This document shows, piece by piece, positions 11,209 to 21,556 of a DNA stretch of 64,000 nt. Positions within the stretch are counted from its first letter, which is position 1, and every line of letters starts with the position of its first letter. Source of the DNA: an uncultured cyanobacterium (GTDB lineage: Bacteria > Cyanobacteriota > Cyanobacteriia > Leptolyngbyales > Leptolyngbyaceae); NCBI GenBank assembly GCA_963766075.1, contig CAVYAN010000049.1, positions 1 through 64,000 of the forward strand, written 5' to 3'. The notes beneath the pieces were generated by a model. The model saw nothing but the letters and a program-made list of their open reading frames with translations. It was not told the DNA's origin and did not search any database. The position numbers and the translations under genes are program-made.

Positions 11209-11742
11209 TCAGCCCGGTGCCCCCAGATAGTCCGCCTTCTCAATTTCCTTGCGGATATCGTTCAGGTCAATGTAGCGATCCGTTACATTTCGCAACTCAC
11301 GGGCAATCATCCCCTCCGTAGACACCACCGTAATGTGCGTATCCTTCGATCTCAACAGTTCAATCGCCCGCTCAAAATCACCATCCCCACTAAACAGCAC
11401 CACCCGGTCGTATTGGTTGACGGTATTAAACATGTCCACCACGATTTCAATATCCAGGTTGGCCTTTTGGGAATAACGGCCCGAATTATCGTCGTAGTAT
11501 TCCTTCAGAATTTTCGTGCGCACCGTATAGCCTAGGCTAATCAACGCATCCCGAAAACCCCGTTGATCTTGAGGATCTTTCAATCCGGTATACCAAAAAG
11601 CATTGATTAAAACGACTTCGCGATCGTTTGTAAAATGTTCCAGCACCCGCTTTGGATCAAAAAACCAACCATTTTTCTGCTGCGCATAAAACATATTATT
11701 ACCGTCCACAAAAATTGATAGACGGTTTTGGGAGTACTGCAT
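11209..11742 (-). CDS. labA: LabA/NYN-domain protein (circadian feedback LabA family)
   Basis: IFVDGNN, KANLDIEIVVDM, FSGDGDF and ARELRNVTDRYIDL. Confidence 0.85.
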   Translation of the reverse strand: MQYSQNRLSIFVDGNNMFYAQQKNGWFFDPKRVLEHFTNDREVVLINAFWYTGLKDPQDQRGFRDALISLGYTVRTKILKEYYDDNSGRYSQKANLDIEIVVDMFNTVNQYDRVVLFSGDGDFERAIELLRSKDTHITVVSTEGMIARELRNVTDRYIDLNDIRKEIEKADYLGAPG

Positions 11743-12154
11743 AGAAACTAGAAACCTATACTTTCGGAGTTTTGTAGAAGAAGTAGAAGTAAATTAAATT
11801 CAGGAATAGATTAAATTCACAAATAAGCCATTGGGCAAGATGCAAGCGACTCCGGTAGCAATCGGGGAAAAATTGCTCGCAGCCCCTAGTTTCCGTCAGA
11901 CAGTCCCTAATTTCCGGGTTACCCCCCAGAAACCTGTTTTCTCGGCCATGCCCCCAATTGTAACAACTCGGTCCAGACTCGCTGCTGCAATGGCAGATTT
12001 TTCATACCCTAGACCGCCTGTTGCCAATTTTCCACTCCCAAACCCTGCCATTTTATCCAGCCACCCTGGTATTTCCGCAGAGGAATCCCTTACTCTGGAG
12101 AGGACGCGATCGCCCTCCCTGGAGGTCGATGCCATCATCGGGTGCCGCCTTGGA

Positions 12155-14656
12155 ATGTCCCCCATACCCGCAGTAGTTAAGATGTCCAACAGCCCCTCGC
12201 CAAGCTCCAAACCACCTGCACAGGCCGATGAAACTGTGATCTTGACAGCGCGTAACCGCACAACACAGTCCCCCTCCCAGCGCACCACCCGCACCACCCA
12301 GTTGGAAGCGTCCCAATCCAAAGTCCGCAATTTTGGCAGACTGGGGCACGGATTGATGGCAACCTGGGCCATTCTGGCGGCGATCGCCACCGCCTCCCAG
12401 ACCTCCTTCTCAGACCTGATCGAGCGCCAAATCCAAACCCTGTTTTTTGAACTGCGTGGGCCAGTTGCCCCCCCCACAAATATCATCATCCTGGCCATGG
12501 ACTCCGACTCCCTGACCCAAGCCGAGTTTTATGCCAGCGATCCCAAAAAATACGCCTACCTAGCCCCGATCCAGACCACACCTTGGCAGCGCACAGCCTA
12601 TGCCCAAGTGATCGATCGCCTCATGCAAGCGGGAGCCAAAGCCGTTTCTTTGGATGTGGTGGTCGATGCCGCCAGCAGCTATGGTCCCCAGGACGATCAA
12701 CGCTTAAAAACCGTGCTACAGAAATATCGCGATCGCATCACCCTAGCCGCCCTCTACGAAGACGAAGTTACCCCCGACAGTAGCCGCACCAAGCTCACCG
12801 TGCCCAATAGCGTATTCAATCTTTCACAGAAACAAATCGGCTTCATCAACTATCCCATTGCCGCCAACGGCAGATTCCACAACCTGGCCAGCTATTATCT
12901 CCAACTCGTTGCCCAAACCTATCCTCCCGCCCTAGCCCAAGTCTTCCTAGAAACCAGCGCCCAAACCGCCTCCTTTGCCGAAGCAACCTTGCGCGCCGCC
13001 CAAATTCCTTACCCAGCGCCACTCGGACACGGTCTATTTTTCTACGGCCCTACCCGCACCTTTCCCCAGGTTTCCTTCTGGCAAGTGCTTGATCCGACTG
13101 AGTGGCAGCGCTTAGCCCAGGCGGGCACCTTTAAGAACAAAATCGTTCTGATTGGACCTACCGCCACCATTTATCAGGACTTCCACGCTGCCCCCTTTTC
13201 CAAAAGCTTTTTCTATCCCAATCCCCTTGCGGGGATTGAGATCCACGCCAATGCCGTGGCTACCCTCCTGGAAAATCGGGCTTTAATCGTAGCTATTCCC
13301 AACCCCCTGCTACAAGGGCTACTGGTTTTAAGTCTCGTGATTGGCGCGGGCTTGCTGCAAAATCGGTGTAAACGGCCTCTGTTCCAATTTTTAATTGCGG
13401 GTAGCAGCATCGTTGCCTGGTCTACCCTCAGCTATACCATTTTTACATACGGTCGAGGAATTTTACCGACGGCGGCCCCAATCGGGGCGATCGCCCTCAG
13501 CAGCATCACCTATTTCGCCACAGGCTCTGCCAGCGAATATCTGCGCAAACTGCAACTGCGCAAAACCCTAGAACATTACTCCGCCTCCCCCATCATCCAA
13601 GAAATCATCAGCCAGCAAGATGACCTCAAGGATCTGTTACGCGAACGCGAGCAGGCCATTCTGGGCAAGCAGTTGGTCGGGCGCTACACCATCACCAAAC
13701 TCTTGGGAGCCGGGGGCTTTGGTGAAACCTACATCGCCGAGGATACCCAACGCCCCGGTAATCCTCAGTGTGTCGTCAAGCAACTGCGCCCCTCCAGCAA
13801 CAATCCCAAGCTGCTGCAGCTTGCCCATCGGTTATTCATCCGCGAAGCCGCCACCCTGGAAAAACTGGGCAAGCACGATCGCATCCCCCAACTACTGGCC
13901 CACTTTGATGAAGAAGGCGAGTTTTATCTAGTTCAAGAATATGTGCCCGGTCGCTCCCTCAGTCGCGAACTTCCCCTGGGTCGCCACCTGCCCGAGGCCA
14001 GAGTCCTTACCCTCGTCCAAGAACTTCTGGAAATTCTAGAATTTGTCCATAGCCAAGGAGTGATTCACCGCGACATCAAACCCAGCAACATCATCATCCG
14101 CGAATCAGACCACAAACTCGTGCTAATCGACTTTGGCGCAGTCAAAGAAATTCACCAAATGACCGACCCCGATGAAAAAAGCCTACTCACCGTCGGCATT
14201 GGCACCCAGGGCTATATGCCCAGTGAACAATGTGCGGGCAGTCCCCGGTTCAGCAGTGATTTGTATGCTGTGGGCATGACCGCTATTCAAGCTTTGATTG
14301 GCCTACCGCCCAGTCAAATCAAGATCGATACCCATGGCGAAGTCGCATGGAAAGAAAAAACCTTAGTCAGCCATCCCCTCGCGGAAGTTTTGACTAAGAT
14401 GGTCCGCGCTAACCATAAAGAGCGCTATCAATCCGCCACCGAAGCCCTCCAAGCATTGCCCACCCTACAACTCCGCTATTCTGATAGCGATCCCTTGGAC
14501 AGCTTTCCCGATCCACAACAAACCTCTACAGACGTGCCGACGGTTACCGACTCCGCCACGGAGACCTCCACGCAACCCTGGCCTGAAACCTTCGGCTCCG
14601 CCACGCCCTCACCCACTACGACCCCAGATCCGACTGAACCGGAAGCTTCCGCCTAA
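12155..14656 (+). CDS. CHASE2-domain Ser/Thr protein kinase (start uncertain, 12155 or 12182)
   Basis: CHASE2 region and TM helices, then LGAGGFGETY, CVVKQL, HRDIKPSN, DFG, GTQGYM and SDLYAVG. Confidence 0.92.
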   Translation: MSPIPAVVKMSNSPSPSSKPPAQADETVILTARNRTTQSPSQRTTRTTQLEASQSKVRNFGRLGHGLMATWAILAAIATASQTSFSDLIERQIQTLFFELRGPVAPPTNIIILAMDSDSLTQAEFYASDPKKYAYLAPIQTTPWQRTAYAQVIDRLMQAGAKAVSLDVVVDAASSYGPQDDQRLKTVLQKYRDRITLAALYEDEVTPDSSRTKLTVPNSVFNLSQKQIGFINYPIAANGRFHNLASYYLQLVAQTYPPALAQVFLETSAQTASFAEATLRAAQIPYPAPLGHGLFFYGPTRTFPQVSFWQVLDPTEWQRLAQAGTFKNKIVLIGPTATIYQDFHAAPFSKSFFYPNPLAGIEIHANAVATLLENRALIVAIPNPLLQGLLVLSLVIGAGLLQNRCKRPLFQFLIAGSSIVAWSTLSYTIFTYGRGILPTAAPIGAIALSSITYFATGSASEYLRKLQLRKTLEHYSASPIIQEIISQQDDLKDLLREREQAILGKQLVGRYTITKLLGAGGFGETYIAEDTQRPGNPQCVVKQLRPSSNNPKLLQLAHRLFIREAATLEKLGKHDRIPQLLAHFDEEGEFYLVQEYVPGRSLSRELPLGRHLPEARVLTLVQELLEILEFVHSQGVIHRDIKPSNIIIRESDHKLVLIDFGAVKEIHQMTDPDEKSLLTVGIGTQGYMPSEQCAGSPRFSSDLYAVGMTAIQALIGLPPSQIKIDTHGEVAWKEKTLVSHPLAEVLTKMVRANHKERYQSATEALQALPTLQLRYSDSDPLDSFPDPQQTSTDVPTVTDSATETSTQPWPETFGSATPSPTTTPDPTEPEASA

Positions 14657-14714
14657 GGCCACCGTCTCACAATCCATGTCAGCGGCGATAGCGGCGCACC
14701 AAGAATCCGCCCCA

Positions 14715-15374
14715 CTAGGCCCCTGACTCCAATTCATCCCCACCCTCAGTCCAAAGCACCTCGGGATCTAAGGCCGTGTAATCGGTCGTGTACTCCATCG
14801 CGATATCCACCACCGGGTCAGCGGCGATCGCCATAGTCTCCCCAAACGGCTGCACCACAAACGGCAAAAAAGCCCCCTTCAGCCCCCGCTTAATCCGTTC
14901 TGGGGTGGCGTCAAACACCACAAATAGAGGATAGCGATGCTCTGCCCCCTCATTCAAAATGTGCTTGTGGCGCAACGGCAAATCCCACTCATATCCCTGG
15001 CTCAGCCATACTTGGGTTTGTCGCCACCGCCCTAGAAACTCCGAGAAATCCTCCTGCGGTCGGTGGATGAACACAAACACCTCAACCCCAGTTTTAATCT
15101 TCCATTCCGGATCACACATCAAAATCGCAACATCACAGGGCAAACAGAGCGCCTCTCGCCCCGTGTCACTAGCCCCAGTCCCAGTATGCCGTCGCTGAAT
15201 CACTGGCAATGGCAACGTCAACAAACTTTCTTCTGGACGCCGCATACTGGGCAGCATTTCTAGGTAAGGGCGGTGCTGTTTCAACAGGGCGATCGCCGGC
15301 CCCGTATTGCTATACTCTGCCAGCGCCGTTTCATAGACAATTTGCTCAATTCCCATCAGTTCTCCTACCGGCAT
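14715..15374 (-). CDS. Conserved cyanobacterial hypothetical protein
   Basis: 219-aa ORF co-oriented downstream of pilC, with motif MCDPEWKIKTGVE..FIHRP.EDFS. Confidence 0.75.
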   Translation of the reverse strand: MPVGELMGIEQIVYETALAEYSNTGPAIALLKQHRPYLEMLPSMRRPEESLLTLPLPVIQRRHTGTGASDTGREALCLPCDVAILMCDPEWKIKTGVEVFVFIHRPQEDFSEFLGRWRQTQVWLSQGYEWDLPLRHKHILNEGAEHRYPLFVVFDATPERIKRGLKGAFLPFVVQPFGETMAIAADPVVDIAMEYTTDYTALDPEVLWTEGGDELESGA

Positions 15375-15479
15375 ATTCTCTAGCCCCTCGATAGGCCATC
15401 ACCATAACCAGAAACCCCCTACCTTCCACAGTAGAGGGTTCCCAAATATTCAACTCAACCCAGCGTGCTTCCGTTAAAC

Positions 15480-16697
15480 CTAGCCCAACTTCTCAAACAC
15501 CGCAAACATCGGCAAATACATCGACAGCAAGATCGATCCCACCATGCCGCCCAAAAACAAAATCATAATCGGTTCCATAATACTCGTCAGCGCCTTCACG
15601 GCCTGCTCCACTTCGTCCTCGTAAAAGTCCGCCACTTTCATCAGCATCTTGTCAATTTCTCCCGTTTCCTCACCAATGCTGATCATTTGAATCGCCATCA
15701 GCGGAAACACCTGCTCTTTCTGCAAAGCAATACTAATCATGCCCCCGGTTTGAATTTCTCGCCGCGCCTCATCCACCGCATTCGCAATCACCTGATTGCC
15801 CGCCGTGTCCCGCACAATTTCCAGGGAAGTCAAAATCGGTACCCCAGATCGGGTCAGCGCCCCAAAAGTACGGCAAAACCGCGCCGTTGCACTCTTTTGA
15901 ATCAAGTCGCCAAACAGAGGCAACCGCAAAGACAAGCGATCAATCGTTTCACGCCCAACCCGCGTTTTGTAATATTGCTTGTAAATAAACGCCACAGTCG
16001 GAAACAGCACAATCAGGATAAACACCCGAGGGCTGCGGAGAAACTCACTAATACCCAACATCACCTGTGTAAACATGGGAAGCTCCGTCCCAATCTCCTT
16101 AAAAATCCCCGCAAAGATTGGCAGGATAAAAACCGTCATCGCAATAAAAATTACGCTGGCTAAAACACTAACCACCACTGGATACGCCAGTGCCGACTTA
16201 ATCTGATTCTGCAACCGGGCCACATCCTCTAGCAGCTTCGCCAATCGGTTCAGCACTTCATCCAGTACCCCGCCCACTTCGCCCGCCTGCACCATACTCA
16301 CGTACAGGTTGTCAAAGCAGTCCGGGTGCTTCCGCATGGCGTCGGATAAATTAGTCCCCTGTTGCACATCCGCGCTAATGCCCTGCAAAGCCCGCTTCAT
16401 CTTGGGATTGGCACACTGTTCCGACAGAACCCCCAACCCACGCACCATCGCGACCCCAGCATTCACTAGCACTGCAAATTGGCGCGAAAACACCGCCTTA
16501 TCTTTGACAGTGACCGAAGCCATCGAGTCCTGAAACTTCCCGAAATCGAAGTCCAAACCTCCCGATGGCTTCAAGTCTTGGATGAAATACCCCTGCGATC
16601 GCAAGGTATCCCGCGCTTCTCGAATCGAACCAGCAGTTACCTTCTCCCGGCGGGCATTCCCTCGGGGATCTTGGACACGGGCAACAAAGGTAGGCAT
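15480..16697 (-). CDS. pilC: Type IV pilus inner-membrane platform protein PilC
   Basis: Two T2SSF domains, with AGEVGGVLDEVL, GEETGEID and LTSIMEP. Confidence 0.95.
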   Translation of the reverse strand: MPTFVARVQDPRGNARREKVTAGSIREARDTLRSQGYFIQDLKPSGGLDFDFGKFQDSMASVTVKDKAVFSRQFAVLVNAGVAMVRGLGVLSEQCANPKMKRALQGISADVQQGTNLSDAMRKHPDCFDNLYVSMVQAGEVGGVLDEVLNRLAKLLEDVARLQNQIKSALAYPVVVSVLASVIFIAMTVFILPIFAGIFKEIGTELPMFTQVMLGISEFLRSPRVFILIVLFPTVAFIYKQYYKTRVGRETIDRLSLRLPLFGDLIQKSATARFCRTFGALTRSGVPILTSLEIVRDTAGNQVIANAVDEARREIQTGGMISIALQKEQVFPLMAIQMISIGEETGEIDKMLMKVADFYEDEVEQAVKALTSIMEPIMILFLGGMVGSILLSMYLPMFAVFEKLG

Positions 16698-16867
16698 AGC
16701 AAACACCTAAAACAGACTAATTCAAAAACTGGAAGACAGAACCTGCAAGCAGATACTGGATGTTAACTCAAAATCTGAAAATCTCTGAAAATCAATCTCT
16801 GGAAATCAATGACGCTTCCCAGCAAAACCCTGTCAAAAAATCGGTCGCTTGGACCCAAAAGCCTCTG

Positions 16868-17986
16868 CTATCGACGGGCCGGAGTACCTGCCGCTGGTGG
16901 TGCCCCCGCCGGCATTCCCCCAATCAATCGCTGGAGCTCGTCCGGACGCGATGTTTTAGACATCGCCGCTTCAAAGGTAATCGTCCCCGCCTTATACAGG
17001 TCAGACAGCACCTTTTCCAAAGTCTGCATCCCCAACTTACCGCCGGTTTGAATCGCCGAATAAACCTGAGCCGTTTTTCCTTCCCGAATCAAGTTGGAGA
17101 TAGCCGGTGTGACCAACATAATTTCCTGCGCCATAATCCGACCATACTCGCCCGGTTTTACATTTTTCTTCTGAACCAGGGTTTGGCTAAATACCGCTAC
17201 CAAGGAATTAGAAAGCTGCACCCTCACCTGAGTTTGCCGCTCTGATGGGAATACATCGATCATCCGGTCTACCGTTTGAGCTGCAGAACTCGTGTGTAGC
17301 GTCCCAAACACAAGGTGCCCAGTCTCCGCGGCTGAAATAGCTAGCGAAATCGTTTCCAGGTCCCGCATTTCCCCCACCAGCACAATATCCGGATCTTCCC
17401 GCAAAGCCGCTTTCAGAGCATTGGCAAAACTCTTGGTATCCTCACCCAACTGCCGCTGGTGAATCAAGCTCTTAATCGGCTCATAAACAAACTCAATGGG
17501 ATCCTCGACAGTCAGAATATGTTCAGCGCGGGTGCGGTTGATTAAATCAATCATCGCGGCCAGGGTAGTCGTCTTGCCTGATCCGGTCGGCCCCGTCACC
17601 AAAATCAATCCTCGAGGCTTTTCAGCCATTTCCCGCACCACATCGGGTAGCCCTAACTTTTCAAAACTGGGAATCTTGGAGCTCAGGGCGCGTAAGCAGG
17701 CGGCATAGGTTCCCCGGTCCTTATAGACATTGACCCGGAATCTAGCCAGCCCCCGGACCCCGTAAGAACAGTCCAATTCCCAGTTTTGTTCTAGATTCTT
17801 ACGCTGAGTGTTGTTCAGCATACTAAAGATTAGTCGTTGGCACTCCTCCGCACTCAGAGCTTGATCGCCAATCGGTTGCAAATGCCCACTGATCCGAAAG
17901 TAGGGAGGCAGCCCAGCCGTCAGGTGTAAATCTGAGCCCCCCATCTCAATGAGCTGCTCCATCAGATCTTCAATCATCAATTCCAT
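16868..17986 (-). CDS. pilT: Type IV pilus retraction ATPase PilT
   Basis: GSDLHL, GPTGSGKTTT, EDPIE, ALREDPD, ETGHLVFGTLHT and AISNLIRE. Confidence 0.96.
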   Translation of the reverse strand: MELMIEDLMEQLIEMGGSDLHLTAGLPPYFRISGHLQPIGDQALSAEECQRLIFSMLNNTQRKNLEQNWELDCSYGVRGLARFRVNVYKDRGTYAACLRALSSKIPSFEKLGLPDVVREMAEKPRGLILVTGPTGSGKTTTLAAMIDLINRTRAEHILTVEDPIEFVYEPIKSLIHQRQLGEDTKSFANALKAALREDPDIVLVGEMRDLETISLAISAAETGHLVFGTLHTSSAAQTVDRMIDVFPSERQTQVRVQLSNSLVAVFSQTLVQKKNVKPGEYGRIMAQEIMLVTPAISNLIREGKTAQVYSAIQTGGKLGMQTLEKVLSDLYKAGTITFEAAMSKTSRPDELQRLIGGMPAGAPPAAGTPARR

Positions 17987-18101
17987 AGGGCTTACTCCTT
18001 CAAAAGTTCTTAATCAGGGAAATTCTTAGTCAAAGCGGATCAAGACGCAACAATATCCGGGTGCAATACCTTCAGGTGCAATGGATAGAGTCAGGTATCG
18101 C

Positions 18102-20096
18102 TCAATCCTGAAAGCGGGGAGTCATGCAATAGGGGCAATCCAACCACTCCTGCTTTAGCTCGGCATTGCAATTTCGACAAGAGAGAGAGGTTTTTCGCTT
18201 CGCTTTCAATTCGGCTTCTAGGCCTGTATCTGTAAAGGTTACCCGTTCAACTTCCTCCAGAGTCGTTTGCCCCGTCCGGACCAAATTCAAGCTGTAGGCC
18301 AGCAAAGTTTGCATCCCCTCCTCTACGGCAGCTTCCTTAATCAAATCCGTGGGCACCCCTTGGCTAATCAGGGTTTGGAGGCGCTCGGTCACCCGCATCA
18401 CTTCGTACACCCCACAGCGGCCTTTGTAACCGATACCATTACATTTGGAACACAGTTGATTCCGGCTACGAGCCTCTTGAATCTCCTGCGGTTGCAGAAT
18501 ATTGGCACGGTAGAGTGTCAGTTCGCCATCACGCGAAGCCGATAATCCAAAACGAGCTAATTCTTCTTTGCTAGGTTGGTAAGGAATTCGGCACTCATCA
18601 CAAACCCGGCGCACAAGGCGTTGAGCGACGACACCCAACAAGGCTCCAGAAACCATGAAGGGTTCCACACCCATTTCGTCCAAGCGGGAGATCGCCCCAG
18701 CGGCATCGTTGGTGTGGAGCGTTGTCAACACCAAGTGGCCCGTCAGCGCCGCTTCAATTGCCGTTTTAGCCGTTTCCCGATCCCGCGTTTCACCCACCAG
18801 AATCACATCGGGATCCTGCCGCAGGAATGCCCGCAGAATGGCAGCAAAATCCAAGCCTTTTTCCCGAATCACCTGAACCTGTGTCAGACCCGGCAATGAG
18901 TACTCAATCGGATCCTCTGCTGTACTGATGTTCACCCCAGGTTCGTTCCGCTCCGCCAACGCAGAGTACAAGGTCGTCGTTTTACCCGATCCCGTTGGCC
19001 CTGTCACCAACAACAGCCCAAAGGGACGACGTACCATTTCCTGAACCACTTGCAGGGATTCCGGATCGGTAATCAATTTATCCAAACCCAGTTGGGTGGC
19101 CGAATTGTCCAGAATCCGCAGCACAACCTTCTCCCCATAACGACTGGGCAGGGTATTCACCCGGAAATCAACTTTTCGGCCATCAAAAATCCGGCGAATC
19201 CGGCCATCTTGGGGAGCCCGCCGCTCAGCGATGTCCAACTGAGCAATAATCTTGAATCGAGCAGTCACCGCCGGAATAATTTTCTTGGGAAACGAGCCAA
19301 ACGCCTCGCGCAACACCCCGTCCTTCCGAAACCGGACCCGCAGAAACTCTTCCTGGGGTTCAATGTGAATATCCGAGACTCCCTCCTGCAAAGCTTTGAT
19401 CATAATTTTATTGACCAGAGCAATTACTGGAGCCGTCCCCGCATCGGAAACATCAAGATTGTCATCATCTTCCGGAGCATCTTGCAGGTCGAGGTCACCC
19501 AGTCCATCCAAATCACCTTGGATGTCTACCTTAGACTGCTGCTCAAGCTGCTTTTCTTTTTCCGCCCGTTCATCTAGGAACTGGTTGATCAGACGCTGAT
19601 AGTCTTCAATCGTAATCACAAGGCGCTTCAAGGTCATCCCCTTGGGGCGCAGAATCCGATTAAGGTCATCAATCGCCGCGAGATCATCGGGGTTGACCAT
19701 GGCAATCAACACTGATGAGGGGGGATCACCATCCTGAGACAGCGGCACCAGTTTGTGGTGACGACAAATGTCTACGGAAATCAGGTGGTCAATCAGGCTC
19801 GCAACCTGCGTGGTGGGAATTTGGCTAATTTCCGGGTCAAGGGACTCAACCCCATACAGGATCTTCAGCTCAAATAGCTGTTGCTTTTTATACTGCCGCA
19901 ACAGATCGGGGGGCAACTGTTGACCCGTAATGCCAGCCAAAACATCGGTTAGGGGGCGACCCGTTTTCCGACTTTCAATTAAGGCTTGCTGCATCTGCTC
20001 GTTATTGACGTAGCCAGATTGAATCAGCTTGTTGCCAAAGGGCGAAAAATTGTTTTGGACAACAAGGGCGCGACGTTGAGATGAGGGGTTAGCCAT
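18102..20096 (-). CDS. pilB: Type IV pilus assembly ATPase PilB with cyanobacterial C-terminal zinc ribbon
   Basis: SDIHIEP, GPTGSGKTTT, LRQDPD, LHTNDA and C-terminal CRNC...CPYC. Confidence 0.96.
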   Translation of the reverse strand: MANPSSQRRALVVQNNFSPFGNKLIQSGYVNNEQMQQALIESRKTGRPLTDVLAGITGQQLPPDLLRQYKKQQLFELKILYGVESLDPEISQIPTTQVASLIDHLISVDICRHHKLVPLSQDGDPPSSVLIAMVNPDDLAAIDDLNRILRPKGMTLKRLVITIEDYQRLINQFLDERAEKEKQLEQQSKVDIQGDLDGLGDLDLQDAPEDDDNLDVSDAGTAPVIALVNKIMIKALQEGVSDIHIEPQEEFLRVRFRKDGVLREAFGSFPKKIIPAVTARFKIIAQLDIAERRAPQDGRIRRIFDGRKVDFRVNTLPSRYGEKVVLRILDNSATQLGLDKLITDPESLQVVQEMVRRPFGLLLVTGPTGSGKTTTLYSALAERNEPGVNISTAEDPIEYSLPGLTQVQVIREKGLDFAAILRAFLRQDPDVILVGETRDRETAKTAIEAALTGHLVLTTLHTNDAAGAISRLDEMGVEPFMVSGALLGVVAQRLVRRVCDECRIPYQPSKEELARFGLSASRDGELTLYRANILQPQEIQEARSRNQLCSKCNGIGYKGRCGVYEVMRVTERLQTLISQGVPTDLIKEAAVEEGMQTLLAYSLNLVRTGQTTLEEVERVTFTDTGLEAELKAKRKTSLSCRNCNAELKQEWLDCPYCMTPRFQD

Positions 20097-20681
20097 AGCA
20101 GGTTTAGAAAGTCTCTCTTTAGAATATTCCCAAAACTCTTTAGAAAAGCGCGAGCCGGTCGAACGAGTGAAGTTTCCAGCCGGCTCTATGCTAACGCTGT
20201 CTGGCCCTGAACTGAAAAACTGAAATTCGTGGGTGAGACATGGCAGTCGTATCCGTTAGAGAAATTACTAGCATTAATTCGTATTCCCATCCGGGCTGAG
20301 GGCAAACCCAATGGCACTCACAAACAATTACTCGTCAGTATCATGCCCGGTAATGCCTAAGTGTAAGCCTATAGGAGTAACGCCCATAGGCGAGCGATAG
20401 GAGCTGAATGGTGGACGGCAAGAGCTGAATGGTAAACGGTGGGTGGGGCTGTTCAAATAATAGCTTTTGCTCATGAATTCACCGCATTTTCCGATAGGAT
20501 TCCATGCTACAGGAGATAGCGCGAAGCCTATGGCTAGGGAAACCGCTAGGCAGCTTAGGGATAGAGTATCTAAAAAAATAATTCTTTCACCTCAATTTGA
20601 TTCCTGCCACCGAATCGTGTCAGAGCGTATAGGATAGGGTGTGGTACGTAAGCAAATCATCGTCGATTGGGATTGGGTAGA

Positions 20682-21395
20682 ATGATGGGTGAAGAAAATC
20701 AGGTGGAAGAGGTCCAGCAAGATGTAACCGTTGATTTCCCCGCCGAGGTAACGGCTGAAACAGAGCCGCTTAGCGAGGATGCTGTCGTATTGGATGCAGG
20801 AGATGCTGCGGAAAAAAGTGCTACTGACCCAGAGCTAGAGGTCGGCGGTCCCAGTGATATCGACTATGCAGCGCTACTGATTGCCAAGGACAATGAGATT
20901 CTGGCTTTGAAAGCCCAAGTGGACGATCGCACCAACCAATGCGTGCGAATTGCGGCTGACTTTGATAATTTCCGCAAACGGACGCAGCGGGAAAAAGAAG
21001 AGATGGAGCAGCAAATCAAATGTACTACGATTAACGAGCTTTTGCCTGTTGTAGACAATTTCGAGCGCGCCCGTGCCCAGTTAAAACCCCAAACCGATCA
21101 GGAAACCAATATCCACAAGAGCTACCAAAGCGTTTACAAGCAATTGGTAGACTGCCTCAAACGTATTGGCGTGGCTCCCATGCGGTCTGAGGGCAAAGAA
21201 TTTGACCCCAATCTGCACGAGGCCGTCATGCGACAACCAACGGCAGAGTTTTCTGAGGGAACTGTGATGGAAGAGCTCCAGCGCGGGTACATGTTGGGCG
21301 AGCGGGTTTTGCGGCATGCGCTTGTGAAAGTTGCTGCGGCTCCAGAACCCGTGCTAACCTCTGAGGGAGCGGATCAGGGTGGACAAAGTGAGTAA
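20682..21395 (+). CDS. grpE: Nucleotide exchange factor GrpE
   Basis: ADFDNFRKR, LLPVVDNFERA, FDPNLHEAV and GY.LGERVLRHA.VKV. Confidence 0.96.
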   Translation: MMGEENQVEEVQQDVTVDFPAEVTAETEPLSEDAVVLDAGDAAEKSATDPELEVGGPSDIDYAALLIAKDNEILALKAQVDDRTNQCVRIAADFDNFRKRTQREKEEMEQQIKCTTINELLPVVDNFERARAQLKPQTDQETNIHKSYQSVYKQLVDCLKRIGVAPMRSEGKEFDPNLHEAVMRQPTAEFSEGTVMEELQRGYMLGERVLRHALVKVAAAPEPVLTSEGADQGGQSE

Positions 21396-21556
21396 TTTCT
21401 CCTAGGAACGTTGGATTAATTGCTTAGTGTGGGCATATTTAATAACAAGCTGCTGAAAAATATGCCGCTTAGATGCTTAGATGTCTGGCCTCAGCGTTTG
21501 CGGGTGTCAGATTGATCGAGAACCATTTACCTCTTGTACCTTCATCGCTATCCGAT

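Noticed and set aside
11831..12154. Long N-terminal extension of the CHASE2 kinase
   Set aside because: It starts at a TTG, has non-protein-like composition and occupies the likely divergent promoter region shared with labA. A later ATG is more plausible.
20100..20680. c-di-GMP riboswitch or CIRCE element in the pilB-grpE intergenic region
   Set aside because: GGGCAAACC is present near 20300, but the paired GAAA-loop stem and GCAAA second stem were not found. There is no TTAGCACTC-N9-GAGTGCTAA.
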